A DNA stretch of 64,000 nt from Octopus bimaculoides (GCF_001194135.2 NC_068997.1:6438120-6502119); one strand, 5' to 3'. Positions 39,016-51,674 are shown, numbered from the stretch's first letter. The notes: a model not told the origin generated them from the sequence alone. Numbers and translations are program-made.

Positions 39016-39062
39016 TCTTATAGCTGATTCTGGGATATTAGGGATTTCCCTTCATCAGAGAT
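39016..39062 (-). ncRNA. Degenerate minimal hammerhead motif downstream of a possible Penelope-like remnant (~39070-39400)
   Basis: Minus strand ucu-CUGAUGA-aggga..uccc-aGAAUC-AGCU-AUA-aga; two core changes from GAAAC-AGCU-GUA. Confidence 0.4.
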
Positions 39063-39750
39063 GATGTGAGATGGGATATCTGTTTTGGGGACTGGGTAGC
39101 AAACTGTTTTTTAATTGAATGAATTGGTGTCGCTAACATGGAGAAATGTTACATTGTTTAAGATATGTTTGTATATTGAAAGATGGGCCCTTCATGCAAG
39201 ATTGCTGGGAGGTGGGGCTTCGCTGTTTTGAGTACTCCATACCCTTCGTAGCAGAGACCCCCAATGTAGAGGGGGCTGAAGCAATTTCCCCTCCACCCCT
39301 TATAAATCCGGCGCTGGTGGCACCTTCTACTATAACCTCGGACCGCCAAAGCCTGGTCAGTGGATTTGGTAACCGGAAACTAAAATATTCAAGTTTTATG
39401 CTTTGTAATTTGTGGCGATTGAGAGAGAGAGAGAGAGAGTGTGTGTGCGTGCGTGCATGTGTATGCGCGCGTGCGTGTGTGTTTCATGAAAATAATGTAT
39501 ACATAATAAATGATGTAACAGCTTCGTTTCCAATACGAAAAAACAAACACTGAGCGATGACTTGAACATTTCCTAGCATAATTGGCAGCCAGCCCGCCTG
39601 CCGGCCAGCATGACTCTTTTCGTCTGAGTAGTCTCAGTTTTAATTTCCTTTTGGATCACTTTGTCATTATGAATATTAATGGAACTAATACTCTCTCTCT
39701 CTCTTCCTCCTTCCCCTCTCCCTCTTTTTTTCTTTCTCTTTCTCTCTTTC

Positions 39751-39784
<34 letters not shown>

Positions 39785-40951
39785 AATATTACAACAGGCC
39801 GTGTTGTTTTTCTTTCTCACGCGATGAACACACCTCCTTGTAACGCCCTCTTTTTCTACACGGAACCTATATCAATAAACGGTCTCAACACCTTTTACTG
39901 ATAATCACGTCAATCTTATAATAACCGAACGAACGAAAGGGTCTGTATTGGAGGTCGATCGATCTGCAAGAAATAGCAACCATATCTCCTTTAGGACAAA
40001 ACAAAATCAGATGGCCATGTCTGAAATTCTTTAGCTTATAGACTTGCTCAATCGAGAATGACCCGGAGTTAAACAACAGCAACAGCAATCTTACGAATAG
40101 CAATCTTGAGAACATTCGGCCACGACAACTCAGCTGTTTGCACACAGACAAACATTTCCACTAAAACATATCAGCAACTCGGGGAACCCCATTCCTAATC
40201 CAGTTTAAAACCATTCCGCTTCCGTATTAACGCTAGATTTCCCAATTTCTTAAAACAGCAATTCACATCGCCAAGACTAGAGCAAACAGCAGCCATATGT
40301 TATAAAGCAAAGGATAGCCAAACTTGATGTATGAGCTACATACAATAAACTTTATATGAATATTTAGAAAATATATGCACAGAATGATATTTATTCGTGT
40401 ATATAGCTTTTCTTAAACTGCTAATTTGTATTAGTTTTGGTAATCACAAAGTTCACATATCTATCATCTATCATCTTAAGTGATGATTGTTTTAAGTATA
40501 TTAAGATTATATTTAATATTGTGAAGGACTATGGAGAACATCTAAGAAAAATGTTACGACTTAGCGTTTCTGTAACATAAAATTAGACGGCCAAGAAAAA
40601 AAAAAACTAAAAGCAGAAAGAAAGAGTTATTTGAATACTATTTGTCTTAGCAAACAAATATCTATCCAAAATATGGAGAAGAATATGTAAAAGAAAGAAA
40701 GAAGCCGACTGATGAAAATAGATGTTAGACACACGTTACAAAACTAGTCTTATGACAGCGCTACAATTATCAATTTGTTATATAAGTCACTATTTACTGT
40801 TGGTAGAGAACTTGTGGATCTCTTGGCCGTGAGCCGTTGAAAGTCGGATCTATATTTTATTATGTTTATACGAATTATCTGGGTGTCGGGTGTTTGAATT
40901 GATTACGTGCATGATGCTTCGATTCCACAGACTTCATTACCAAAGTACAAT

Positions 40952-41005
40952 TGAGTCACACACGAGTTTTCCATGACTCAGTGCTAGACCGGTATTTGTG
41001 AGTCA
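40952..41005. promoter_or_regulatory. Cluster of three perfect AP-1 (TGASTCA) motifs
   Basis: TGAGTCA 40952, TGACTCA 40974, TGAGTCA 40999, in apparently non-repetitive sequence. Confidence 0.35.
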
Positions 41006-41884
41006 TTTTTAGAGGTTCTCCTGAAATTCTATTAGTTTAGTTCCATTTCCACAGCAGGTGATTCTGAAACCACCGGTTCGAGAATTGAACTATCAGTTAT
41101 CACATCAACTATGAACGGATTTAGAAGAAATACAAAAGTTGGGTTTCCGTTCTGCGAGTCATCAAACCTGGCCCAGAAATTATCAAGCAATCTTTGTATT
41201 CTTCTAGTGTTTGGTCTTTTATTTCAATATCAAGGAATGAATTTACTTTCCTAACCAAGTCTTAGGAATATGTTTGTTGAAAGCTGATAATTATGCATGA
41301 GAGTCAGATAAAAAAAACAATTGTATCCTTCTGTCGGAGTGTCATGTTGAGAGCGTGTAAATGATTCATTATATCGATCGTGCAGATATTCATTATTTTC
41401 TTAATGAGAAAAGGATCTTTCGTTATCTTTAAGAAAAGTAATAAGAACCGACAGACTCACAAGACTGGGCAAAACATTGTAGTTGAGAGAGACTTCATTG
41501 AGTTATGTCTCTCAATGTAGTTGAGAGAGACTTTGTTGAATTATGTCCCTCCAGTTCTGAAATGTCGCTCACTTTCCTATTCAGCGAGAGCTGAATTATT
41601 TAAATAATTTTGTAATACCTACAACAACANNNNNNNNNNNNNNNNNNNNNNNNNNNNNNNNNNNNNNNNNNNNNNNNNNNNNNNNNNNNNNNNNNNNNNN
41701 NNNNNNNNNNNNNNNNNNNNNNNNNNNNNNNNNNNNNNNNNNNNNNNNNNNNNNNNNNNNNNNNNNNNNNNNNNNNNNNNACTTTGTTGAATTATGTCCC
41801 TCCAGTTCTGAAATGTCGCTCACTTTCCTATTCAGCGAGAGCTGAATTATTTAAATAATTTTGTAATACCTACAACAACAGCAC

Positions 41885-42470
41885 GCATCTCTATAGTGTG
41901 GCGTGAATCTGGTGTTTCTGCTTTTAGTCGGTTATTTTCTTACACTGCAACGATCTCAGTTATATTCATCGTAGCAAATTTGCCATCAGAATACAGGCAT
42001 TTAACAAGCCTTGTTCCATGTTATAAGATTAGCTTCAGCTGTTATAAAAGCTCCTTTACTGAATGCTATCAACAGTATTCACTGGGTATTTAATGGTTAA
42101 TTCTGTTTTAGGTGAATAATCATACGAAAAACCTTAGTGGTTTGCATCATCTCGGTTTCAAGCCACTGGGTTTCTAAGGATTCATATCTGACAGATAAAG
42201 CAGAAAGGTTTACATCGTTTAGGGGTGAAAGCAAAATCTCCCTCTCAGCCTGGCTTGAATTTGTGTGGTGGACCCGATTGAAAGGGTTGAAGACGGATAG
42301 TTTCCTCTTTGGTCAAGGCCTCATTGACTTTTTCAGGGTCCACCTGAAAAGGATAGTGAGGCTAGAGAGGGAAGTGCAGTCACCCTGTAAGTTTGTTGAA
42401 AGGTAGCAAGCATGACCCATGTGAATGGACCTACTCTAAGTGTGCGCCTGTAGACCGGATTGAATGAGGA
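41885..42470 (-). mobile_element. Highly decayed Penelope-like (GIY-YIG) remnant
   Basis: Minus-strand traces KPSGLKPR*CK (cf. PCGKPRCKTC) and TRFTPHYRD (cf. TRFxEHxRD); many stops. Confidence 0.35.
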
Positions 42471-42919
42471 GGAGGAGGAGAGGAGGAGAGGGATGTCTAC
42501 CTGAGGTGCCTTTGGTGTTAGGGGGGTCCAAAGTGTGTGAGGTTTCTTTAGTCACCTCTCGGTGAAACTCCCCCCTATTGGGGAAGTGTATTGTTGGTTT
42601 AATCTCCTTGTNNNNNNNNNNNNNNNNNNNNNNNNNNNNNNNNNNNNNNNNNNNNNNNNNNNNNNNNNNNNNNNNNNNNNNNNNNNNNNNNNNNNNNNNN
42701 NNNNNNNNNNNNNNNNNNNNNNNNNNNNNNNNNNNNNNNNNNNNNNNNNNNNNNNNNNNNNNNNNNNNNNNNNNNNNNNNNNNNNNNNNNNNNNNNNNNN
42801 NCGTCTGTGTATCGTCCTTTATGTTTTGTGTTCGTCCCTGGTGACCAGTAAAGGAAGTATTATTATTTCCATTATCATCTTCTTTCAGTTTTGCTTCCAT
42901 TTCTTACCGAGTGTCTTCC

Positions 42920-43014
<95 letters not shown>
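42920..43014. repeat. (TAA)n/(TTA)n microsatellite abutting the 3' end of a Dong/R4-like element
   Basis: Direct reading. Confidence 0.95.
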
Positions 43015-43015
<1 letters not shown>

Positions 43016-44445
43016 TCTTTACCACAGGTTTTGCTGAAGCTTCTGGAATCTTACATGCGTAGCGGGCTTGCTACCTGCAGCATATAGTACCATGCTATCC
43101 ATTCTTTTCGGTTATCTAATACTTTCCTGATTATTCTGGCCGTGTAACAGTTCTGCTAGGCACACTATTCCAATTTCCTTTATATTCCTCTTGGTGCCTC
43201 CTGATACTGTTCCCAAGGACCCAACAACAATTGGCACTGTCTTCACCTTCTTCATTTTCCATAGCCGGGCTATTTCATACTTAAGAGGGTATATTTATCT
43301 ATCTTTTCGCCTTCCTTCTTAACTATTCGTGTGTCGAAGGAGCATGCAACATCAACTGTATACCATATATGGTGCATCTTGTCGACCACTACAAGGTCCG
43401 GTCTGTTATGCTCTAGCACCTGATCTGTTTGGATTGTGCGGTTTGTGCTCATACCACGTCTTGCCTCTCTCCTTTGTCCCCACTTTTCGCACAGCTTCCA
43501 ATGTAGTACTTTCGCTACCTGATCGTGTCTCCACAACTTGTAGTAGTTTTGGGCAAGTCAAAGGCACTCGTTCGTGATATGGTTGATGGTTTCAACCACA
43601 CTATTGCAGTTGTGGCACAGCGGAGACACTTGCTCATTTCAAAGGTTGACCCTCCAGTTCGTGCCCAAAACTTGATCTTACGCTGCCAATATAGTGCTAT
43701 CGGTCTCTTTTTTTTAGGGTTCCTTTCATCAGCCAATCCCACCTATTTTCTCCAGCAACTTCTGTTGTGACTGCATGGAATTGATTGTGTAGTCCCTTCT
43801 TGCGTAATTCTTCTTCATGTCCTTTTTGAACTTTTTCCTTTGTTTTTCCTTTTTTCTCTGCTTTTAATACTCCCTCGTTCCTAACTGTCACAACAAAGTT
43901 TCCTTACTTTAGGCTAGGCATCTCTTTAAACTCTCAAGTTCGATACACACGCAGTCTTCCACGCGTTTCAGTCTGTTTTCATTTGCTCTCTTCATGTACA
44001 GGCGATCGGTGTCCGCACGTGGATGATGGCCTCCATGCATCGTTAGAAGCTTTCGTGCCTTTCTGTCCATCTCCTTTAGTTCTTCCTCTGTCCACTTCCG
44101 GATTCCAGCGCCATACCGAACTACTGCGACTGCGCGCAGGTTTATTGCAGAAATTATGTTCCTGTCATTTAACTTTGAAGTCAATATTTTTGTCACTCTC
44201 CGCAGGTACTCTCTTTTTGTCTTATCCTTCATGTCATTGAGTTTGATTCCATCTGCCTCAAGTATTCCCAGGTATTTATAGCTGGATTGAGGTTGAATTG
44301 CCTTCATCATTTCACCACTTGGCAACCATATGCCTTCTGTTCTGAAAAGCTTTCCTCGTCTCATCACCATCGTAGCACATTTTGAGAGACCAAACTCTAT
44401 CATTGAAGAAAATCCGCACAGACTGGACTAGGCTGTCCAATTCTT
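43015..44445 (-). mobile_element. 5'-truncated R4/Dong-clade non-LTR retrotransposon (RT C-terminus, CCHC finger, RLE endonuclease), decayed
   Basis: FGLSKCA, YKYLGILE, DTDRLYMKR, LCHNCNSVVETINHITNEC, RHDQVAKVLHW, HNRPDLVVVDK..VDVAC..D..IVKKEGEKIDKY and VPIVVGSLGTV. Confidence 0.9.
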
Positions 44446-45408
44446 ATGTAGGTTGAAATAGTATTTCCTTCTACAAATATCAATATCGGTGAGCTGGTAA
44501 TAACGTTAGAACGTCGGGGAAAATGTCCTCTACTGTTTGTTCTGGGTTTCACAGTTCAAATTGTATCGGAATCAATTATCCTTTCATCCTNNNNNNNNNN
44601 NNNNNNNNNNNNNNNNNNNNNNNNNNNNNNNNNNNNNNNNNNNNNNNNNNNNNNNNNNNNNNNNNNNNNNNNNNNNNNNNNNNNNNNNNNNNNNNNNNNN
44701 NNNNNNNNNNNNNNNNNNNNNNNNNNNNNNNNNNNNNNNNNNNNNNNNNNNNNNNNNNNNNNNNNNNNNNNNNNNNNNNNNNNNNNNNNNNNNNNNNNNN
44801 NNNNNNNNNNNNNNNNNNNNNNNNNNNNNNNNNNNNNNNNNNNNNNNNNNNNNNNNNNNNNNNNNNNNNNNNGATGGGGCGCAGGAAATTACATTCTTTG
44901 AGGTTTTGTCTTGTGGGATTCTTTTTTGAAAATTTTATTACTATCTTTAAATGCCATTATACAAAATGTTGCGCAAAGTATAAAAAATAATTTTTTTTCT
45001 CTCTTGCTATTCATTGCTGCGTCAAAAATATCAAACTACTAATTAAAAGTACGTTTTTTTAAAAAATTTATATTAAAAAATGTTACTCAAACATTTTTAA
45101 TAACTTATTTTCTGTAAATTCAGTTTCATATGTTACATCCTTTGTTTTTCTTTTTTGAATACTCACTTTTATATTCTGGTTTTATAGTTTGTGTCAAATA
45201 CTATTTTCTGCGTATTTTATATTATTCTTTATTTTCGATCATTGGATGTTAGATTCATTACGTATAAATTAATATTCCAAATGGCCAAATGCTACTTTTC
45301 CCACAAAATTATAAGATACGTTAATAACAACGCCTCATGTACTTCATTTCTTTTTTTAACTCTCGCGTATCATTTTCAGTTTTATGTTTGTCAACGATAT
45401 ATTTAATA

Positions 45409-45608
45409 TTGGTTTCAAATTGTTGGCACAAGGCCAGCAATTTCAAAGGAGGAGCTAGTCGGTTACATCGACTCTAGTGTTCATCTGAGACTTATTTCAT
45501 TGACCCGGAAATGGACGAAAAGCAAAGTCGATCTCGACGGATTTGAACTCAGAACATAAAGACAGAGGAAATGCCGCTAAGCATTTTGTCCAGTGTGCTC
45601 GCCGCCTT
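45409..45608 (-). mobile_element. tRNA-derived SINE, family D
   Basis: Minus strand ...aatgcttagcggcatt...gagttcaaatcc..gatcgactttgc..; matches 56690-56865. Confidence 0.75.
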
Positions 45609-46284
45609 GATAGTTATCATGTCTTTGTTACCATACTTAACTCATCCTAAGTCATCATGAGGTGATATAATGCTCACGGCAGAGAAATGGATAAGCAGTA
45701 AATATTTTGAGGAAGAATGATCAATTTATAACAAAAGCCGCATTCAACTGATATCCCAGGTTGAAACAATCAATTGGAATCAACTAGGATCAACTGGAAC
45801 CAACCGGAATCCTGGATTGAAATAACTGGCACCCCACACTGAAACAACATTTGTTGTTGTTGTTGTTGAATCCTCAGGCTAGCCTTGTTTGAGTAAAACT
45901 GTGAGCTAAAGTACTCCATCTGCTATCACCCCATCTTATTTATAAAGCATAATATATCTAGGACAACATTATCCACTGTAGCCCTCCCTGATGGTGGGGT
46001 TTGATTTGCAGGACATTTGTCAGCTACTTCTAGTAGTTCAAGAGACGGCATAGATGGTCCCTCGTATTAGACTTAAATGTTTGTTGAGTCTGTTTTTCAC
46101 TGTTTTCAATTCAAATGCTTACATACTTCTATTCTTTCTCTGAGTCTCGATAATGGATTGGTTTTGGCGATGATCATTCCACAGACACAAATACACTTGA
46201 GATAATTCTCAGGCAGATTCAACGGAACACAGTGTTACAATTACAAGGTCGCACCTTTAAATTACAGGCACAGTTCATTCGACG

Positions 46285-46436
46285 GGTACCCACACAGTTT
46301 CCGTCACCCATTGTCACTCACAAGACTTGGGTCAACTCGAAGTTACAGTAAATGATACTTGTTCAAGTTGTCACACTGTGAGATCGAACCCGAGATCTTG
46401 TAATTACGAAGCGAATTTGTAAACCCTTCGGCCATA
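46285..46436 (-). mobile_element. Degenerate SINE family A head
   Basis: cagtttccgtc..cactcacaagacttgggtc..gatcgaacccgag parallels 4245-4380. Confidence 0.55.
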
Positions 46437-46931
46437 AATAAACTGATTCATTTTCTTATGAAAGAAACAAAGATATATTCCTTGCTAAAGAATTGGGTCA
46501 CTTAAAAAAATTTAATTCCTGGTTTAGCTTTCTGCAAATTTACTGTTGATAGGAAACAAGAACTGCAAAAGAGAAACAATACACAAAGTAAAAAGGAAAG
46601 GAAAAACAACTGCTGGAATGGCTTAGATAAATTTGATTGGAATTTGTCAATACCAAATATCACTAGATCAAATAAAAATGTAGCTAAATCCAAGAGCTCT
46701 GAAGATAAAGACCAACAACAAAAAGAAAAATATGAACTACTGCATTAAAATAGAATTTTTCGTTTGGAGAATTTTACTGATTAAATGAAGAAATTTTTAT
46801 CATTTTCATTAAAATATTTAGGAAATTTAGCAGCACCGAGTGTAATTTATGCAAATAAGCATCAGCTTCATTCCTTAACAATATTTACTTTATGTACATT
46901 ATTCATCATTTTGTTTCAAAAGTATGTTTTA

Positions 46932-46959
46932 CTAGCTGACGTACCCGGTAATTCCCGGG
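46932..46959 (-). mobile_element. Helitron-like 3' terminus (hairpin plus CTAG); element extent unknown
   Basis: actagctgacgtacccggtaattcccggg has the same layout as 26325 and 33676. Confidence 0.45.
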
Positions 46960-47289
46960 AAAGCGGGGCTTATCCCTTGGTTCCGTTCTCATAATTGTTT
47001 CGCTAATCCAACAACAGCAATACAAAGTATGTAGCCCTTAAAACGGTTTTCGTGAATTTACAGAGAATACCGAACTGTCTTACACAGGATCTTGTTTTTA
47101 AAAATTCCCAGACAGAATTTCCCACATATGTAGTAGATTAACCCAATATTAAAACTTCTCGGTAATATTTCCATGTCTCAGTTTCTCTAAATCTAATAAA
47201 ACAGTGAATCGCAACGGTTTGGATTCGAATGCCTTGTTGCACTGGTTTCAGCTTTCTGAACTCTGAGTTCAGTTTTCAACTGTGCTTTC

Positions 47290-47522
47290 ATATTATGTAT
47301 TACTTGGGCTGGTGTCCCCATCTTGGTTGTTGCTTTCACTACGTTGTGTACTCACCAGCCTTCTTCAGGTCTTTTATGATTCACCTTAGCTCTGAGTTCA
47401 ATCCCAGGCAAGGCACTAAAGTGAATCATAGGACACCTGAAGGCGGCTGATGCATACAACAGCCGAAAAATAGTGAAAGCAACAACCCAGATGAATACAC
47501 CACTCCGATTAATACATAATAT
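47290..47522. mobile_element. Older palindromic hammerhead-bearing element related to 30241-30793
   Basis: Arms 47290-47385 and 47420-47522 are degenerate reverse complements. Both carry (g)ac(a)cCUGAAG..ggcug and share the aacaac..agatg..gaca tail with the 30.7 kb element; a central gagttcaatccc resembles a B box. Confidence 0.7.
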
Positions 47523-47789
47523 AAATTCCTCACCTCAAAAATACAGAATATAATTTTGCTTTCCTTCATTCGGATAAATAAACTGTTCAACACTTCTCTC
47601 TCTCTTTCTCTCTGTCATGAATAAAGGGTTTGGTTCCAAATTCTGAGAAAATTACCGAATACGATAGGCACCCGAAGAAGGACATCACGGCTGAAGTGTT
47701 GCGACTATAGCAACTAATGAGGACACTAATCTAAATATAGCAGACCATAATGATGAGCTTTTGGTCTTTTACATAGAGAAAGGGGGAGA

Positions 47790-48015
47790 AGAAGGAGGAG
47801 GAGAAAAATGAGGAAGAAGATGAAGAGAAAGAGGAGGAGGAGGAGGAGAAGTAGAGCAGGAAAACAACGACAAAGAAGAAAGAGAAGATGGGGGAAGGGA
47901 AGAGGAGGGGTATGAGTAGGATGGCAGGAGGAGAAGGCAGAAGAGGAGAAAATGAGGATGGAGAGGAGGGGAAATGTGGAAGGAGGAGGAGGAAAGAGGG
48001 AGGGAGGAGGGGACG
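47790..48015. repeat. Purine-rich (GAG/GAA) low-complexity tract
   Basis: Direct reading. Confidence 0.9.
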
Positions 48016-48044
48016 ATGACTCAAAAACGAGTATTGGTGCAATG

Positions 48045-48463
48045 TCCCAGTGAAAACATCAATAAAATGGTAACGCAATAGATTTGATATAATGATTTGG
48101 GACAGAGAAGAGAAACTGTGTACAGTAGCGGAAATCAGCTGCCCAGCAGATGTTAGATTTCTCAACTATTGATTACAAGTTAAGGTTTATACATGTAACT
48201 ATTGGGGCACTGGGAATATGTAACAAACTGCCTAAATACCAATCTTGAGAAATTAGACTTCTCAAAACCAGAAAGGAGAAAGCTGATTCGAAGACTACAG
48301 ATCTGAGCCATCACTGGAACTGTAAAAATTTGTATAATTTTCCAGAAGTTTATCATTTAAGTATATATGGGCATGTCTAGATATGCAAGTATATGCATGA
48401 GAAGACATACATAAAACAAACATAAAATCTGCGCGTATACATACATACATACATACATACATA
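48045..48463 (+). mobile_element. 3' fragment of the (CATA)n-ended R4-clade family
   Basis: atttgggacagagaagagaaactgtgtacagtagcggaaatcagctgccc (WDREEKLCTVAEISCP) and a 3' region matching 52058-52325 and 55380-55690. Confidence 0.8.
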
Positions 48464-49675
48464 CATGATGGCCGTCCACTCGTGACCGAGGAAGACCATT
48501 GCTGACCTCCAGGAACATTGTGCGCTCTAGGACTAACTTATATTTTGCATTTGCGGCTCCGTTGGTGGCTAATGAGCCCTGCTCTTGACAAGCATACACG
48601 ACTGCAAACATTGCAGACCAAGCTTTCCCCATTCACTATACGAGCCGTGCGCTTTTGCGCAGCTCGCTTATGTTCTTCATGCTGGATACGTGCTCTCTCA
48701 AAAGTGTCGACCCCCTCCTTAACCTGTTTCCTCCATCTGTGGCGATGACAGGCATTGTTCTNNNNNNNNNNNNNNNNNNNNNNNNNNNNNNNNNNNNNNN
48801 NNNNNNNNNNNNNNNNNNNNNNNNNNNNNNNNNNNNNNNNNNNNNNNNNNNNNNNNNNNNNNNNNNNNNNNNNNNNNNNNNNNNNNNNNNNNNNNNNNNN
48901 NNNNNNNNNNNNNNNNNNNNNNNNNNNNNNNNNNNNNNNNNNNNNNNNNNNNNNNNNNNNNNNNNNNNNNNNTTTGTTTGCCTTGCGATGCCATGCTGGG
49001 ACCAGACACGAGACTGAAGAGACCGAAAGGAATTAGTTGCTCTCTGCAACCTGAAAGATATTTCCTCATCCAGGGAGCAAGAACGGCTGAGTGTGCTGCC
49101 CAGGTAGACAAACTTGTCTACTACCTTCAGAATTGTTCCTTCAACCAAGATAGCTGGTTCCACATATGGATTTCCTGGTGCAGGCTGAAACATATTTCAA
49201 CAGTCTTGTCCAGGCTAATGCTGAGTCCAAATGCCTTGCAAGAAGCAGAAATGCAATTCATGAGTATTTGCATGTCATCCACTGTATGAGTGACTAAGTC
49301 ACAGTCATCTGCATAAAGGAGGTCACGAATAATAGACTGGAGAACCTTTGAATGGGTCCCGCCATGCCACCACCAACATTGATCCAACCTCCATCCCATC
49401 ATGAAATGATTTAATTATAGATACAAAATGATCCGGACATCCAAGTTTGTCAAGTATTTTCCATAGAAAGGCCCTATTTACAGTATCAAAGGCTTTTGTT
49501 AAATCAACGAATACCTCAACAAGATCCATATTCTGCTCATAGCACTTCTCCTGCATCTGTCTTGCTGTGAAAATCATATCCAAAGGAGCTAATGTGGAGC
49601 TCTTAGGTCCATAAGCTCGCTTCATAAGATGGTAAAGCTTCTTGCTGTCATTTGCATCAGCAGCAACCTTTAAAT
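48464..49675 (-). mobile_element. Internally deleted RTE (BovB-like) LINE fragment
   Basis: IFTARQMQEKCYEQNMDL..VFVDLTKAFDTVNR, IRDLLYADDC and LKVVDKFVYLGSTLSRSCSLDEEISFRLQRAT. Confidence 0.9.
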
Positions 49676-49818
49676 TTCAAAATCCAAACTGTATTTTGGG
49701 TATGTCCCTAGTAGTGTGCCTATAATTAAATGTTTACATATCATTAAGGTATTTACAAATGGTGACTCTGTTTTGACTTTCTCGCTAAAAGCGGTTCTCA
49801 AACAGCTCTTTTATTGGC

Positions 49819-49977
49819 ATCACTAGCGTAGCTAGTGTGTGTGCCACTCAGAGCGGCCCTTCCGCCCGCCCCACAAAAAACATATTGCCTACAGCAGACC
49901 CAAAAGTTGAGCCCCATTAAAAGTTCCGCCCGGGGCGGACTACCCCTACCTCCCCACCACCTAGCTACGCTAGTGAT
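49819..49977. mobile_element. MITE with 17-bp TIRs (possibly PIF/Harbinger-like)
   Basis: atcactagcgtagctag at 49819-49835 and ctagctacgctagtgat at 49961-49977; GC-rich interior. Confidence 0.7.
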
Positions 49978-50289
49978 TGATATCTCTGTTCCTTTAATAT
50001 AGTCGTCGTTTGTCTTGACGTTAGGACGTTAGGAGGGATGTTATGTGTAACAAAACTATACATGTGCGCGTGCGCACTAGCACACGTATCCATTTGCTCT
50101 TATACACACATGTATACATACACACACATATGTGTGTGCTTATGTGTATGAGTATGTACACATGAAATAGTGTCACGATTTGTAAACTTAATAATTTATA
50201 AACATCTAATTATTAAAGAGGAATAAGTTTCAGAAAAGTCATTTCTATTCATATTTTCAAGAATATATTGTACCAAGAGATTTCTCTTT

Positions 50290-50338
<49 letters not shown>

Positions 50339-50478
50339 CACTACTACTACTACGGCACACGCACGCACACGCACACACATATCAATTAGGTAAGTGCCAA
50401 CGCACGAAACTCTCAGACTTTGAGTCACTCAGTTCTGTTAAATATATATATATATATATATATATATANNNNNNNNNN

Positions 50479-50512
<34 letters not shown>

Positions 50513-51435
50513 TATATAAAATCTGTTGTGTCTGTTTGTAACTTGACTATTGTTCATCTAATCACGCTGAAATTTTAAACATGGATACATGAGAGAGATG
50601 GGCGTGCCGTAATCCAAAAAGATTTTCGAAATTGTTAGTTTCAAAGTGAGAATCGCTATTTTTGTAATCTTTATGTCCTGTTTGTTCCGCAATTAAAACA
50701 ACCAGTTGCTCAGACAGCCGGCACATACCATTTCGCTAGCAACAAGGGGAGTACAGGATGACAGTCAGCCAAAACCGTCGCTATGCTGTCTCTCTTCTTT
50801 CCTCTCTCTGTGGGGTTAATCTTAATCTTTAGTTACTGTTTCTCATTCAAACTACATAATAGGCAGAATTGTCGGATTAAGACAATAAGGTGTTTTCAGG
50901 GAGATTTGGCTGCTATTTCTACCATGTAGAGGTCTGCCTCATTGATATTATATATTCCTTATCCTTTCCAAAACCGAGTTACAAATTTTGACGTATGGGG
51001 TATCAAAAGATTCAGTACTATTTTGGCTACAAATTAAACTTAATTTTCATTCACATATTTGCATTCAAAAATTTAACATAATTTTTTCCATAAATCAACT
51101 ATCGTAAAAATGTTATACGATGACGTCACATTTTCTATATGTGTGTGTACTTTAAAAGACGTCAATCATCACGACACACCTTCACTCACTCACTCTATCT
51201 CTCTTCTCACGTACACACAGTTCCTCCAAATTTACTTTATGAGTGATGTAGGACAACAAACCCGAAGGAGGTGTCAACATTTCAGATGATGGGTCGTGTT
51301 AGACACAGCGCCGAGTGCTGCAAAAGAGCGAATTAGCCCATCATTTACTCTACAAATGTTTTGTTGTCAGTGCTGCACTTTCCCATATCACCTGTTTCAA
51401 CATAACTGTAATATATTTTATACAAACTATGCCAT

Positions 51436-51465
51436 TTTAATCCCGAGCAACGCCGGGTGTCTCTG

Positions 51466-51469
<4 letters not shown>
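51436..51469 (+). mobile_element. Degenerate Helitron-like 3' hairpin
   Basis: aatcccgagcaacgccgggtgtctctgcc parallels the reverse complement of 26325-26355. Confidence 0.4.
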
Positions 51470-51497
<28 letters not shown>

Positions 51498-51674
51498 NNN
51501 NNNNNNNNNNNNNNNNNNNNNNNNNNNNNNNNNNNNNNNNNNNNNNNNNNNNNNNNNNNNNNNNNNNNNNNNNNNNNNNNNNNNNNNNNNNNNNNNNNNN
51601 NNNNNNNNNNNNNNNNNNNNNNNNNNNNNNNNNNNNNNNNNNNNNNNNNNNNNNNNNNNNNNNNNNNNNATATA

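Noticed and set aside
39850-40330. Possible promoter or 5' UTR exon of the GCNT gene (unique, CpG-containing)
   Set aside because: Plausible, but there is no unambiguous donor or core promoter, so it cannot be supported without transcript data.
40709-40750. CUGAUGA ... AAAC-UAGU-C hammerhead-like match
   Set aside because: G12 is missing and neither stem I nor stem II pairs.
41530-41880. Exact 100-bp direct repeat
   Set aside because: The copies flank an N gap; likely an assembly overlap or collapsed tandem repeat.
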